Positions 35,581-44,343 of a DNA stretch of 64,000 bases are shown here, piece by piece. This DNA comes from an uncultured Elusimicrobia bacterium. Lineage in GTDB: Bacteria; Elusimicrobiota; Elusimicrobia; Elusimicrobiales; UBA9959. The translations under genes were made by a program, and so were the position numbers. The notes under the pieces are model-generated. The model saw only the letters and a program-made list of their open reading frames with translations. It ran no database searches and had not been told where the DNA came from. How positions within the stretch are numbered: the stretch's first letter is position 1; each line of letters begins with the position of its first letter. The DNA lies in assembly GCA_903867985.1 (NCBI GenBank), contig CAIPTO010000106.1:30373-94372 (forward strand). The letters are read 5' to 3'.

Positions 35581-36578
35581 GATTTTATGTTTTCCAGAAG
35601 CTCTTCCTTCCTTACGGAGGCGGTGCCGAGCTTCGCTACTACGATGCCTGCCGCGAAGTTGGATATTAAGGCCGCTTCTTCCAGCGTCGCGCCTGCGGCT
35701 GAAGCCAGGGCCAGCGTTGAGATGACCGTATCGCCCGCGCCGGTCACATCGTACACTTCCCGGGCTTTGGTGGGGATGTGCAGAGTTTTCATGCGGCCGC
35801 CGGTATTATTAAAAAGCGTCATGCCGTGTTCGCCTTGGGTTACGAGCAGCGACCGGCAATTAAGCGTCCTGATTATTTTTTTACCCAGTTCTTCTACCGC
35901 GGCCTGACCCTCTTTTTGTATCAGGCGCATCCCCTGGTATGCTTCCATTGTGTTCGGCGTCAGACAGGTTACTCTTTTATAGCGGGCGAAGTGCTCTATT
36001 TTTGGATCCACGAAAACCGGTACGCCTTGCCTGATAGCCAGCTTTATTGCAGCCTCGATGATATGCGGCGTAAGCAGGCCTTTGCCGTAATCCGACAATA
36101 TCAGGGCGCCGGCTCCGGCTTCAAGCTGCGCGTCCAGCGCGGCCAGTACGGATTTCTGCAGAGAGGGAGTGATCTTGAGTACGGGTTCGCGGTCAAAGCG
36201 CACCACCTGCTGGTGTTCGGCTATGACGCGGGTCTTTTCGATGGTGAAGGTGGGGGGGTGGGCGATAAGGGAACCGGTATCAACGCCTTTTGCTGAAAGG
36301 ATTTCTGCAAGTTCTTTCGCGGCTGCGTCCCGGCCGGTTATGGATATCAGGGCGGGCCGGGCGCCTAACGCGGCGAGATTAGCCGCCACATTCCCGGAAC
36401 CTCCGGCAACGGTATGTTGCTCCCGCACTTTCACTATGGGAACGGGCGCTTCAGGAGAGATCCGTCGTACAGTGCCCATGATATACCGGTCAAGCATTAC
36501 ATCACCCAGGACCGCTACGCGCTTTGAGCTGAAATTGTCAATTATCCCGCGGAGTCTGCCGAAAGCCATGTTATCCAT
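35562..36578 (-). CDS. hldA: D-glycero-beta-D-manno-heptose-7-phosphate kinase (RfaE domain I type, PfkB family; kinase domain only)
   Basis: PfkB motifs include VLGDVMLDRY...GGSGNVA and DVTGAGDT. At 338 aa it has no adenylyltransferase domain. Confidence 0.8.
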   Translation of the reverse strand: MDNMAFGRLRGIIDNFSSKRVAVLGDVMLDRYIMGTVRRISPEAPVPIVKVREQHTVAGGSGNVAANLAALGARPALISITGRDAAAKELAEILSAKGVDTGSLIAHPPTFTIEKTRVIAEHQQVVRFDREPVLKITPSLQKSVLAALDAQLEAGAGALILSDYGKGLLTPHIIEAAIKLAIRQGVPVFVDPKIEHFARYKRVTCLTPNTMEAYQGMRLIQKEGQAAVEELGKKIIRTLNCRSLLVTQGEHGMTLFNNTGGRMKTLHIPTKAREVYDVTGAGDTVISTLALASAAGATLEEAALISNFAAGIVVAKLGTASVRKEELLENIKSWTKTV

Positions 36579-36801
36579 GTCTTAATTATACTAAAAATAC
36601 ATATCCTGATATAACGCGGTGCTGGTAATGTTTTCGGGTAACGGGCCGAGGGTGGAGCGAAGCGGCAAATTTTATCGCATTCAAAGAACGTTCGGGTGGA
36701 TTTCTTCGGAATTTTTATTTATCGGCATTTGCTAGAATATTGGAGTTATGGCGCTTGTCCGGTGTATTTTTGCCTGAATTGAAAACATTACTGCTTAACT
36801 T

Positions 36802-39024
36802 ATGACAATGAACGGCATGTTTCCAGTCTCCCGAAAAATTGAATGGACTGATGCGTGGGGCGGGATGGCGGCAATGTTGGTGGCGCTGCCCTCCGCCATC
36901 GCGTTCGGCGTCGCCATGTACGCCCCGCTCGGTCCCGGGTTTGCCGGAGCCGGCGCGCTTGTGGGGATTATCGGAACCGTGGCCATAGGCCTGCTTGCCC
37001 CGGGGTTTGGAGGCGCTCCGCGCCTTATCTCCGCTCCCTGCGCTCCGGCGGCTGCTGTTATGGCGGCGCTGTGCGTCCGCTTGCTGGACGGAGGCGCGCC
37101 CACTGAACGGATTGTCGTTTCCCTTGCCGTGGTCGGACTGCTTTCAGGCGTTCTGCAGGCGCTTTACGGCGCGCTCGGCGGCGGGCGTCTTATCAAATAC
37201 ATCCCTTATCCCGTGGTAACGGGGTACATGAGCGGCGTAGGTTTGCTGATAATATTAAAACAGGCCGGGCCCTTTCTCGGACTTGAGAAGGGTACTTCCC
37301 CGCTTGCGGGAATGTTTTCTCCTAACGCCTGGCAATGGCCGGCGGTTTTGGTCGCGCTCGTAACAGCCGGCGTGATGGTTGCCGCTCCGCGGCTTACAAA
37401 ACGGATCCCGGCGGCCATACTGGGCCTCGTGGCCGGAATTGCGGCGCACCTCGCTGCGGGGGTTGTCAGACCCCAGTTACTGACGCTGGAGGCTAACCGG
37501 TTTATTATTGGCGCCATTTCCACCAGCCCGGGAGTTGTCGTAAAAGGCATTGTTTCCAATTTCAACGCACTGCGCCTTATGGGTATGCATGACGTATACA
37601 TGCTTATCGGTCCGGCGCTCACGTTGTCGGTTCTTCTTTCCATAGATACGCTTAAAACCTGTGTGGTAACCGACTCCATTGTGCGCGCCCGACACGATTC
37701 CAACCAGGAATTAAAGGGGCAGGGTGCGGGCAACATGGTATCTGCTTTGATCGGCGGTATGCCGGGCGCCGGCACCATGGGAGCCACTTTGGTGAGTCTA
37801 GCAAGCGGCGGCAAAACCCGACGCGCAGGTCTGCTGGAAGGCGCGTTTGCCCTTATAGCGGCGCTTGTTCTGGGAAGCGCCATCGGGCGTATACCTCTTG
37901 CGGCACTGGCGGGGATACTGGTAGTGGTCGGATTGCGGATGATAGACCGCTCCAGCGTGCGTCTGGCGCTGCGCGGTTCCACCGTTCTGGATTTTGCAGT
38001 TATCGTATCGGTCGCGGGTACGGCGCTTGCGGCAGATCTTATTTCGGCCGCCGGTGTGGGCATTGCCCTCTCAATTCTCCTTTTTATACGCGAGCAAATG
38101 CGCAGCAGCGTGGTCCGGCGCAAAGTGACGGGCGCGGAGATTTACTCAACACAACAACGCCTGCCTGGAGAGCGCGCGGCGCTGGCGGAGCGCGGCGTGG
38201 AAACGCTTGTGGTTGAACTCCAGGGGAGTCTGTTCTTCGGCACCACCGACCAGCTATTCTCAGAAATAGAGAGCGATATGCGCTCATGCCGGCGCCTGAT
38301 CCTGGATATGCGCCGCGTGACTTCCGTGGATTTTACCGCAGTGCATATGCTGGAACAGGCAGGGGAAATGATGGGGGAGCGCGGCGGATCGCTTGTTTTT
38401 TCTCATTTACCCCCGAGTCTGCCCACCGGGCAGGATCTACGCGCTTATTTCGAACAGCTGGGTCTGACTCATCACGATGGAAGGGGACGTATCTTTGAAA
38501 CGCTTCATGACGCGCTTGAGTGGGCGGAGGACTGCGCCATAGAAGAGGCTGGTATCGAACGCCCGGGCGCGGGGGAACTGCTGGATCTTTCGCAGATAGA
38601 TTTTTTACTGGAGATAGATCCCGCCTCTTTGGCGGCGCTCCGCGTGGCTTTCGAAGAGCGCCGCGTGGACGCCGGCAAACCGATATTTAGTCGTAAGGGC
38701 CAGGGTGATGAGCTTTTTGTAATTCGCCGCGGGCGTGTCAGGATAATACTGCCGCTGAAAGATACTCATCGCCAGCATCATCTTGCCGTATTCGGCCCCG
38801 GAGATTTCTTCGGCGAGGTGGGGTTTTTGGCCCGCATGCCGCGGACGGCTGACGCGATCGCCCTGACAGATACGGACCTTTATGTGATAAGCCGGGCCGC
38901 TTTCGATGTCATATCCCGCCGCAATCCAACCGTTACGATGGCGCTATTTCAGCGACTTGCAAGCGTAGAGGCGTTGCGTTTACGGGACGCTGACAGCGAA
39001 CTGCGCCGCCTTCAGGACAGCTGA
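36802..39024 (+). CDS. SulP-family anion transporter with C-terminal STAS and cyclic-nucleotide-binding domains
   Basis: The polytopic SulP core includes LVALPSAIAFG and GQGAGNMVSALIGGMPG. The STAS region is LVVELQGSLFFGT. The CAP_ED-like domain is GDELFVIRRGRVRI...GDFFGEVGFL...RTADA. Confidence 0.85.
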   Translation: MTMNGMFPVSRKIEWTDAWGGMAAMLVALPSAIAFGVAMYAPLGPGFAGAGALVGIIGTVAIGLLAPGFGGAPRLISAPCAPAAAVMAALCVRLLDGGAPTERIVVSLAVVGLLSGVLQALYGALGGGRLIKYIPYPVVTGYMSGVGLLIILKQAGPFLGLEKGTSPLAGMFSPNAWQWPAVLVALVTAGVMVAAPRLTKRIPAAILGLVAGIAAHLAAGVVRPQLLTLEANRFIIGAISTSPGVVVKGIVSNFNALRLMGMHDVYMLIGPALTLSVLLSIDTLKTCVVTDSIVRARHDSNQELKGQGAGNMVSALIGGMPGAGTMGATLVSLASGGKTRRAGLLEGAFALIAALVLGSAIGRIPLAALAGILVVVGLRMIDRSSVRLALRGSTVLDFAVIVSVAGTALAADLISAAGVGIALSILLFIREQMRSSVVRRKVTGAEIYSTQQRLPGERAALAERGVETLVVELQGSLFFGTTDQLFSEIESDMRSCRRLILDMRRVTSVDFTAVHMLEQAGEMMGERGGSLVFSHLPPSLPTGQDLRAYFEQLGLTHHDGRGRIFETLHDALEWAEDCAIEEAGIERPGAGELLDLSQIDFLLEIDPASLAALRVAFEERRVDAGKPIFSRKGQGDELFVIRRGRVRIILPLKDTHRQHHLAVFGPGDFFGEVGFLARMPRTADAIALTDTDLYVISRAAFDVISRRNPTVTMALFQRLASVEALRLRDADSELRRLQDS

Positions 39025-39051
39025 GTGTTGCTGCCTGTTTTTTGCGGAAAG

Positions 39052-39879
39052 TCAGTTCATGCGGCGCTTTACAAGTTTGGCGGTTACGGAACCGATGAAG
39101 ATCTCGGCTTTTAAAATGAGCGGCAGACGCAGTTCGTCGTCCGTTATCCAGACAAGCATTTTCTTTCCTTGTTTGGCCACGAAGAGACCGTCATCCCCCA
39201 GCTGTGGCTCCACCAGAACGCATTTGAACTTGCCGTAGGCGGTAGATTCCTTTTCACGCTTCCTGAATTTAACATCCATGCGCCAGTTTCGCTTGGTATT
39301 GATCAGTATCTCCTGGCTGGTGCCGGACCTTAAGTCCATTGTGCGAACCAGGTAGAGGGCTGAGAGGACATCGTTGACCGGCCCGTCCAACGTCCCTTCC
39401 ACGGGTGCGGCAATTTTAGATTTACCCATTTTCTCGCCGTGAAAAGTCTTGGTTGTGTTATCAAAGATCACCCATTCATCAAAGAAGTGATGTCCTTCCC
39501 GGATACTTTTGCGATAGCCGAAGGAATACAGGTCCCGGATATCCATCCATGACTCATTGATATCATTTACTGTGTAAAAATTATTTATAAAGGCCGCAGA
39601 CTTTGCGCCTGAAATTATATGATAGGCCGTCCGGCCGTCTATCATTACAATTTTATCTATCTGCAGGTAGGCGGAGCCGACGTTTATAAGGCCCCAATAG
39701 ATTTCGTATTCAAGACGCTCGTTGTGCCAGCCATCGCGCACGACCGTGGTATCCACGGCGATAGCAGGCTCAAGGGCTGTATAAGGATGAACAAGAACCG
39801 CCTGTTTCTCAAGGGCAGAAAGTGAAACGGCGCAAATCGTCAATAGCGCTCCGGCGAAAAGCGCATTCTTAAAAACCAT
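39052..39879 (-). CDS. DUF3108-like secreted protein
   Basis: It has a signal peptide. LEYEIYWGLINVGSAYLQ and an overall beta-rich pattern resemble DUF3108. Confidence 0.5.
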   Translation of the reverse strand: MVFKNALFAGALLTICAVSLSALEKQAVLVHPYTALEPAIAVDTTVVRDGWHNERLEYEIYWGLINVGSAYLQIDKIVMIDGRTAYHIISGAKSAAFINNFYTVNDINESWMDIRDLYSFGYRKSIREGHHFFDEWVIFDNTTKTFHGEKMGKSKIAAPVEGTLDGPVNDVLSALYLVRTMDLRSGTSQEILINTKRNWRMDVKFRKREKESTAYGKFKCVLVEPQLGDDGLFVAKQGKKMLVWITDDELRLPLILKAEIFIGSVTAKLVKRRMN

Positions 39880-40420
39880 ATTTTATCCGCGCCCAGACGA
39901 TGGCCGCCACGGCGGCCATCCCGGTGAAGCCGCGCCATTCCTTATTCTTCAGGAAGACTTCCAGGGATAACGAGTTCCGGTCAAAAAAATCCGGGATGGC
40001 GCGGAGCCGGGGCAGCATGGAGTTAACCCGCTTTATGTACTCAGCATACTGCGCGCCGTATTCGCCGCGCAGAAAATCCTCCTCGGCGCGTATCTGTACT
40101 TTGTAGATAAGGGTGAAGGAGATGGTCGTTATCAGCCATACAATCCCCGTACGCAGAAGATCATGGGGATTTGAAAGGGCGATGAGGAGGCCGAGCACCA
40201 TTACCGCGGTGCCCAGATAAAGGGGGTTGCGGACCGCGGCGTAGGGGCCGGTGACCGTGAGCGTTTTGGACTTTACTATCGCCGCCGAGGCCAGCACGCG
40301 GATGAGCTGCCCCAGGAGCATTACTGCCATGCCGGCCGTGAAAAGGGACCAGCTATCCGGCCTTGCCAGCATTATCACCGCTACAGCTACGATCTGTGAA
40401 ACGAGTATTCTTTTTTTCAT
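39869..40420 (-). CDS. ICMT / phospholipid-methyltransferase-family membrane methyltransferase
   Basis: It has 4-5 TM helices and the family motifs GPYAAVRNPLYLG and EEDFLRGEYGAQYAEYIKRV. Confidence 0.55.
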   Translation of the reverse strand: MKKRILVSQIVAVAVIMLARPDSWSLFTAGMAVMLLGQLIRVLASAAIVKSKTLTVTGPYAAVRNPLYLGTAVMVLGLLIALSNPHDLLRTGIVWLITTISFTLIYKVQIRAEEDFLRGEYGAQYAEYIKRVNSMLPRLRAIPDFFDRNSLSLEVFLKNKEWRGFTGMAAVAAIVWARIKYGF

Positions 40421-40461
40421 GATTATCCTTTGCTGAAAATATCAGCCGCGTCAGGCGCGAA

Positions 40462-41082
40462 TCACTTCCGTGCTCTGCTGATCCAACGCGCTGCGGCTAA
40501 AATGCCGGATTTTATCACGCGTCCTCCGGCAAGATCGTGTTTTTTGCGCAACTCGCTAAAACCGTGGCCTGTTGTAACCAGTATGGACGAGAGACCCAGC
40601 GCGTCCGCAAGTCTCATGTCGGATTCTTTGTCGCCTATAACGATGGACCGCGCAAGGTCCACTTGCTGGTGCTTCAACGCCTCTTTTATAAGGCCGGTGG
40701 CGGGTTTGCGGCAAGCGCAGCCCGCGGTCGGCAGATGGGGACAGAAATACACTCCGTCAAGTTCCACGCCTTTTGCGCGCAGATCTTTAACGAGTTTCAT
40801 GTTAATCGCCTTCGATCTGGCCATGGTCATATACCCCCTGCCGACCGCCGCCTGGTTCGTAACCACTATCAGCCGGTAACCGAGGCGGGCGAGGAGGAGC
40901 AGGGCTTTAAAGGCGCCCGCGTAGAATTTGAGACCTTGCGGATCGGTAAGATAGAACCCGGGGCGGTCGTGGATGATGGTTCCATCCCTGTCGAGAAACA
41001 CCGCGGGGCGTTTAGCGTTATCCTTGTTTTTTCGCAAATAAGCAATCATAGATCGTGCAGTTTTACCGTTGAATTTTGGCAA
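40462..41082 (-). CDS. gmhB: D,D-heptose 1,7-bisphosphate phosphatase (HAD-IIIA)
   Basis: FLDRDGTII, VVTNQ, the zinc loop CPHLPTAGCACRKP and VIGDKESD are present. Confidence 0.8.
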   Translation of the reverse strand: MPKFNGKTARSMIAYLRKNKDNAKRPAVFLDRDGTIIHDRPGFYLTDPQGLKFYAGAFKALLLLARLGYRLIVVTNQAAVGRGYMTMARSKAINMKLVKDLRAKGVELDGVYFCPHLPTAGCACRKPATGLIKEALKHQQVDLARSIVIGDKESDMRLADALGLSSILVTTGHGFSELRKKHDLAGGRVIKSGILAAARWISRARK

Positions 41083-41086
41083 ACCT

Positions 41087-42184
41087 TCAGTTCTCGGTTT
41101 TGCACCTTCGTGGCGCTATTATCTCCATCAGGCGCGCGCGGCCATCGCGCGGAAAGACGATCTTTACCGAGAGGATGAACACGTCTCCATTGATGACCTG
41201 CGCCCAGTCAGCCGGGAAGCGCACGAAATCCTTGTATGTGGTTATAACCGGCATATCTTCGCGCGTGGCCTGTACGGCCGCCAACTCCTCTCGCGTGAAG
41301 CGGTGGTGGTCGGGGTAGCGCCAGATCTGGGCCGGAACGGCCTTAAGGCCCGCCAGAGTGTCCTCAAAGGATTTCGGATCCCCTATGCCGGAAAGCGCCG
41401 TCACTTTCCTATCCCGGAATTCGGAGAGGGGAACCTTTTCATTTTTAAGTGCGTCGACAAAAGTTTCGGGAGAATGCATGCTCTCTATAACGACCGCGGA
41501 AGCGTTCAGCTTTTTTATTTCGTCCTTGATCGTCTCCACGCCTGCCTGGCAAGCGTGCTCGCAATGTGACAGTATGACTGCATCCGCCCTATCCAGGCCT
41601 ATGGAGGTTTCGCGCAGATCCCCCAGCGGGATCAGCTCGTCTTTATGAAAGGGCGCGGTGGCGTTGACCATGACGATGTTTTTGTCACGGCGCAGCCTGA
41701 AGAACTGATACCCATCGTCCATCAGGAGAAGATCGCTCTTGAATTTTTCCAGCGCCGCGAGCCCGGCCTGGTAGCGGTCTGAGGAGACCAGGACCGGAAT
41801 GCCGTGATCTCTTAACATCTCAAAGATCATGACGGCTTCGTCGCCGGCTTCGTCGGCGGAAAAGGATTCGCCGTCGGCCAGGATAGTCAGTTTTTTGCCG
41901 GGGGCTTTGCGTTTATACCCCCGGATAAGGATGGCGGGATTATAGCCTTCTTTTTTGAGCTCCATGGCGGCCATGACAACTGTTGAAGTTTTACCCGTCC
42001 CCCCGGCTGAAAGATTGCCGAAGCAAATCACCGGAACCGGAAGCTTGTAGCTTTTAAACAGGCCGGCCGAGTAAAGCGCCCGGCGCAGCGATATCGCCCC
42101 GATATAAACGAGGGACATAGCGCGCAGGAGCAGCCGCCCCGACGCCTTTTTTCTGAGACCGTCCCTGATTTTTTTTGCATCCAT
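41087..42184 (-). CDS. lpxK: Tetraacyldisaccharide 4'-kinase
   Basis: The P-loop is GNLSAGGTGKTSTV, with RGYKRK and DDGYQ motifs. Confidence 0.85.
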   Translation of the reverse strand: MDAKKIRDGLRKKASGRLLLRAMSLVYIGAISLRRALYSAGLFKSYKLPVPVICFGNLSAGGTGKTSTVVMAAMELKKEGYNPAILIRGYKRKAPGKKLTILADGESFSADEAGDEAVMIFEMLRDHGIPVLVSSDRYQAGLAALEKFKSDLLLMDDGYQFFRLRRDKNIVMVNATAPFHKDELIPLGDLRETSIGLDRADAVILSHCEHACQAGVETIKDEIKKLNASAVVIESMHSPETFVDALKNEKVPLSEFRDRKVTALSGIGDPKSFEDTLAGLKAVPAQIWRYPDHHRFTREELAAVQATREDMPVITTYKDFVRFPADWAQVINGDVFILSVKIVFPRDGRARLMEIIAPRRCKTEN

Positions 42185-42188
42185 AATA

Positions 42189-43274
42189 TTACGCGATCCC
42201 TAGTCCGAGTTCGCCGGCCATAGCGACAAGTTTAGCAAATACTGCTTCCGGAGAAAGTTCTTGAAGGCATTTTACGCCGCCTTTTGACGTCGGCCGCATC
42301 GTAAAAGGCGCGGAATTCACTGTGCCAGGACATTCGTTTTTCTGGCAGGCGATGCAGGCGAAGGCGTCATTTCTTATGATCTGATGTTTCGGGTCGTTCG
42401 GCGGTGTCCAGCTTTCAGGCCGGCTTGAACCATAGATCCCAAGCGTTGGCACTCCGGACGCTTGCGCGATATGTTTGGCGCCGTTGCAATTAGAAATCAG
42501 GAGCGCCGACTGCTGAAGCAACGCCGATAGCCTGGAGAGATCGGAGGTTTCGGGTGCGAGGAAGACGGCCGGATGATCGGCGGCCCGGACGATGTCTTCG
42601 GCAAGTGATTTTTCGCCCGGCCCCCATAGAACAAGCACAGCGGCCTTTGTCTTTCGGACTATAAGCCCGGCCAGGCGGGCATAATGTTCCGCTGGCCATA
42701 GGCGGGTCATCCGCCTGGAAGCCGGGGAAAAAAAGATCAGTTTGCTCCTGAGGCCGGTATCGGGGACAAGCTTCGTCACCTCGCCGGCGGCCCAGGCCAA
42801 GTCGTCGGTCGCCGGATAGAATTTAGGATATGGATAAAAGATATTTCCGAGGCCGAGCTGGCTCAGGAGGTCGATCTTAAAAAAAGGATTGTACTCGCGC
42901 TGACCCGGCCGCAACTCCAGTTTAAGGTTGTAGGCCCAGGCCGAGTGGGTGTATGCCGGGCCGGCTTTTACCTTAGCACCGCTCATAACCGTAACGAGAG
43001 CTGATCGGGGATTGGACATCAGATCAATTACAAGATCGTATCGGCGTCGCCTCACCTCTAAAAGCCATTTAACCGGTTTTTTCGCGTCATAAACCAGCAC
43101 TTCGTCAACGGCGGGGTTGCGCGCTAGGGCCTGATCAGATGGCTGCTGAGTAAGGAAATCCAGTTTCGCGCGCGGGAAATTGATCTTTAAAACTTCCGCC
43201 GCGGAGGAACTCAAAAGCACGTCGCCTATCTGGCGGAACTGTATCAAAAGTATTTTACCGGGATTGAGATTCAT
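42189..43274 (-). CDS. Glycosyltransferase family 9 (LPS heptosyltransferase-like)
   Basis: The GT9 N-terminus is KILLIQFRQIGDVLLSS and the C-terminal motif is ISNCNGAKHIAQASGVPTLGIYG. Confidence 0.8.
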   Translation of the reverse strand: MNLNPGKILLIQFRQIGDVLLSSSAAEVLKINFPRAKLDFLTQQPSDQALARNPAVDEVLVYDAKKPVKWLLEVRRRRYDLVIDLMSNPRSALVTVMSGAKVKAGPAYTHSAWAYNLKLELRPGQREYNPFFKIDLLSQLGLGNIFYPYPKFYPATDDLAWAAGEVTKLVPDTGLRSKLIFFSPASRRMTRLWPAEHYARLAGLIVRKTKAAVLVLWGPGEKSLAEDIVRAADHPAVFLAPETSDLSRLSALLQQSALLISNCNGAKHIAQASGVPTLGIYGSSRPESWTPPNDPKHQIIRNDAFACIACQKNECPGTVNSAPFTMRPTSKGGVKCLQELSPEAVFAKLVAMAGELGLGIA

Positions 43275-43300
43275 ATTTTTTCATCGCGTTTTTCGGAATG

Positions 43301-43487
43301 ATTAACCTGAAAGTTGCAGGTGCGACTTTCCGCCTGTATAGCAGGCGCCCGATCGGGAGGCATACATCTTCTCGGATACATCGCGCATAGCGCTTGATCC
43401 TCGACCCGCTGCTGCGGGGAATCCTGCAGAATAATTCTGTTACTCGATTTTATCAATGAGATATACCTTAATCTGCAGGATTCAGGC
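43301..43487 (-). repeat. ~190-nt structured repeat, copy B (inverted relative to copy A)
   Basis: The reverse complement aligns with 17870-18056. The element begins directly after the deacetylase TAG stop (43487-43489) and ends 27 nt before the GT9 ATG. It is therefore co-oriented with the flanking - strand genes. Confidence 0.7.
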
Positions 43488-44305
43488 TAAAACAGTCTTG
43501 ACGCTCCCCGCTCAAGATGAAGTCTTAGATCCAGATTACCCTCGCCGCGTTTTATAAAAAGGCGGTCAATGGGACCGGAATCCGGGTTCCATGGCCAGGG
43601 CGTTTTGCCCTGCTTAAAACTGAAATCCAGAACATAGCCGGCCTTTAGCGCGCTGGCCCGTACCGCAGGCGAATAAGCGCCCGCCCCGTAAGGGTAGGCG
43701 AAAGCGGACATTTCCGCTCCGAGCGCGGCCTCAAGTTGTTTTTTTGATTCCGTTAATTCCCATGCCGCGTCTTCCAGGGTGAGCTTTTCAAGATTGGGGT
43801 GGTTCATGGTGTGAGATCCGAATTCTATGACCCCGCTTTCCCGCATTTCCCTGAGCATCGCCAGGTCGGCCATGTTGACCCACGGTTCGGTTTTAGGGTT
43901 GTGCCAGAGATTGACTTTGCCGATGGTGTTGTAAACCACAAAAATATTTCCTTTGGCGCCGAGCTCGCGCAGTATTTTGTAAGCATGCGAGTAGTTGTTC
44001 TCATAGCCGTCGTCGAAAGTGATGAGCACCGCTTTCTCGGGGAGTGGTTTTTCGCCTCTATGGGCTTTAAGGAGATCCGAAAACAGTACCGTCACGTAGC
44101 CATGGGCGTTCAGCCAGGCGACCTGAGAACGGAATTTTTCAGGGGTAACCCACAGGTCTTTCAGCTTTGAACCGGCGGGAGGGGTCCCGATCTTATGATA
44201 CACCAAAACCCGGAGGCCCGGGGTCGTGCGTCGCCACCAGGCCCAACGGGCGCTGACAAGCGCCGCTCCCAAAAAAGCTGCAGAGGCAAGAAATTCTTTA
44301 GTCAT
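43487..44305 (-). CDS. Polysaccharide deacetylase (CE4 / NodB-type) with N-terminal membrane anchor
   Basis: VLITFDDGYENNY, GSHTMNHPNL and AFAYPYG are present. The ATG at 44305 has GGAG 5 nt upstream, whereas the track start at 44326 is TTG. Confidence 0.8.
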   Translation of the reverse strand: MTKEFLASAAFLGAALVSARWAWWRRTTPGLRVLVYHKIGTPPAGSKLKDLWVTPEKFRSQVAWLNAHGYVTVLFSDLLKAHRGEKPLPEKAVLITFDDGYENNYSHAYKILRELGAKGNIFVVYNTIGKVNLWHNPKTEPWVNMADLAMLREMRESGVIEFGSHTMNHPNLEKLTLEDAAWELTESKKQLEAALGAEMSAFAYPYGAGAYSPAVRASALKAGYVLDFSFKQGKTPWPWNPDSGPIDRLFIKRGEGNLDLRLHLERGASRLF

Positions 44306-44343
44306 GATTGCTCCGTAATTATTCAAGTTGCACGATCTGTTGA

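Noticed and set aside
35562-41082. An apparently incomplete ADP-heptose pathway: kinase-only hldA and gmhB are present, but no gmhA or heptose adenylyltransferase
   Set aside because: The missing genes can simply lie outside this window, so absence here is not evidence of a novel pathway.
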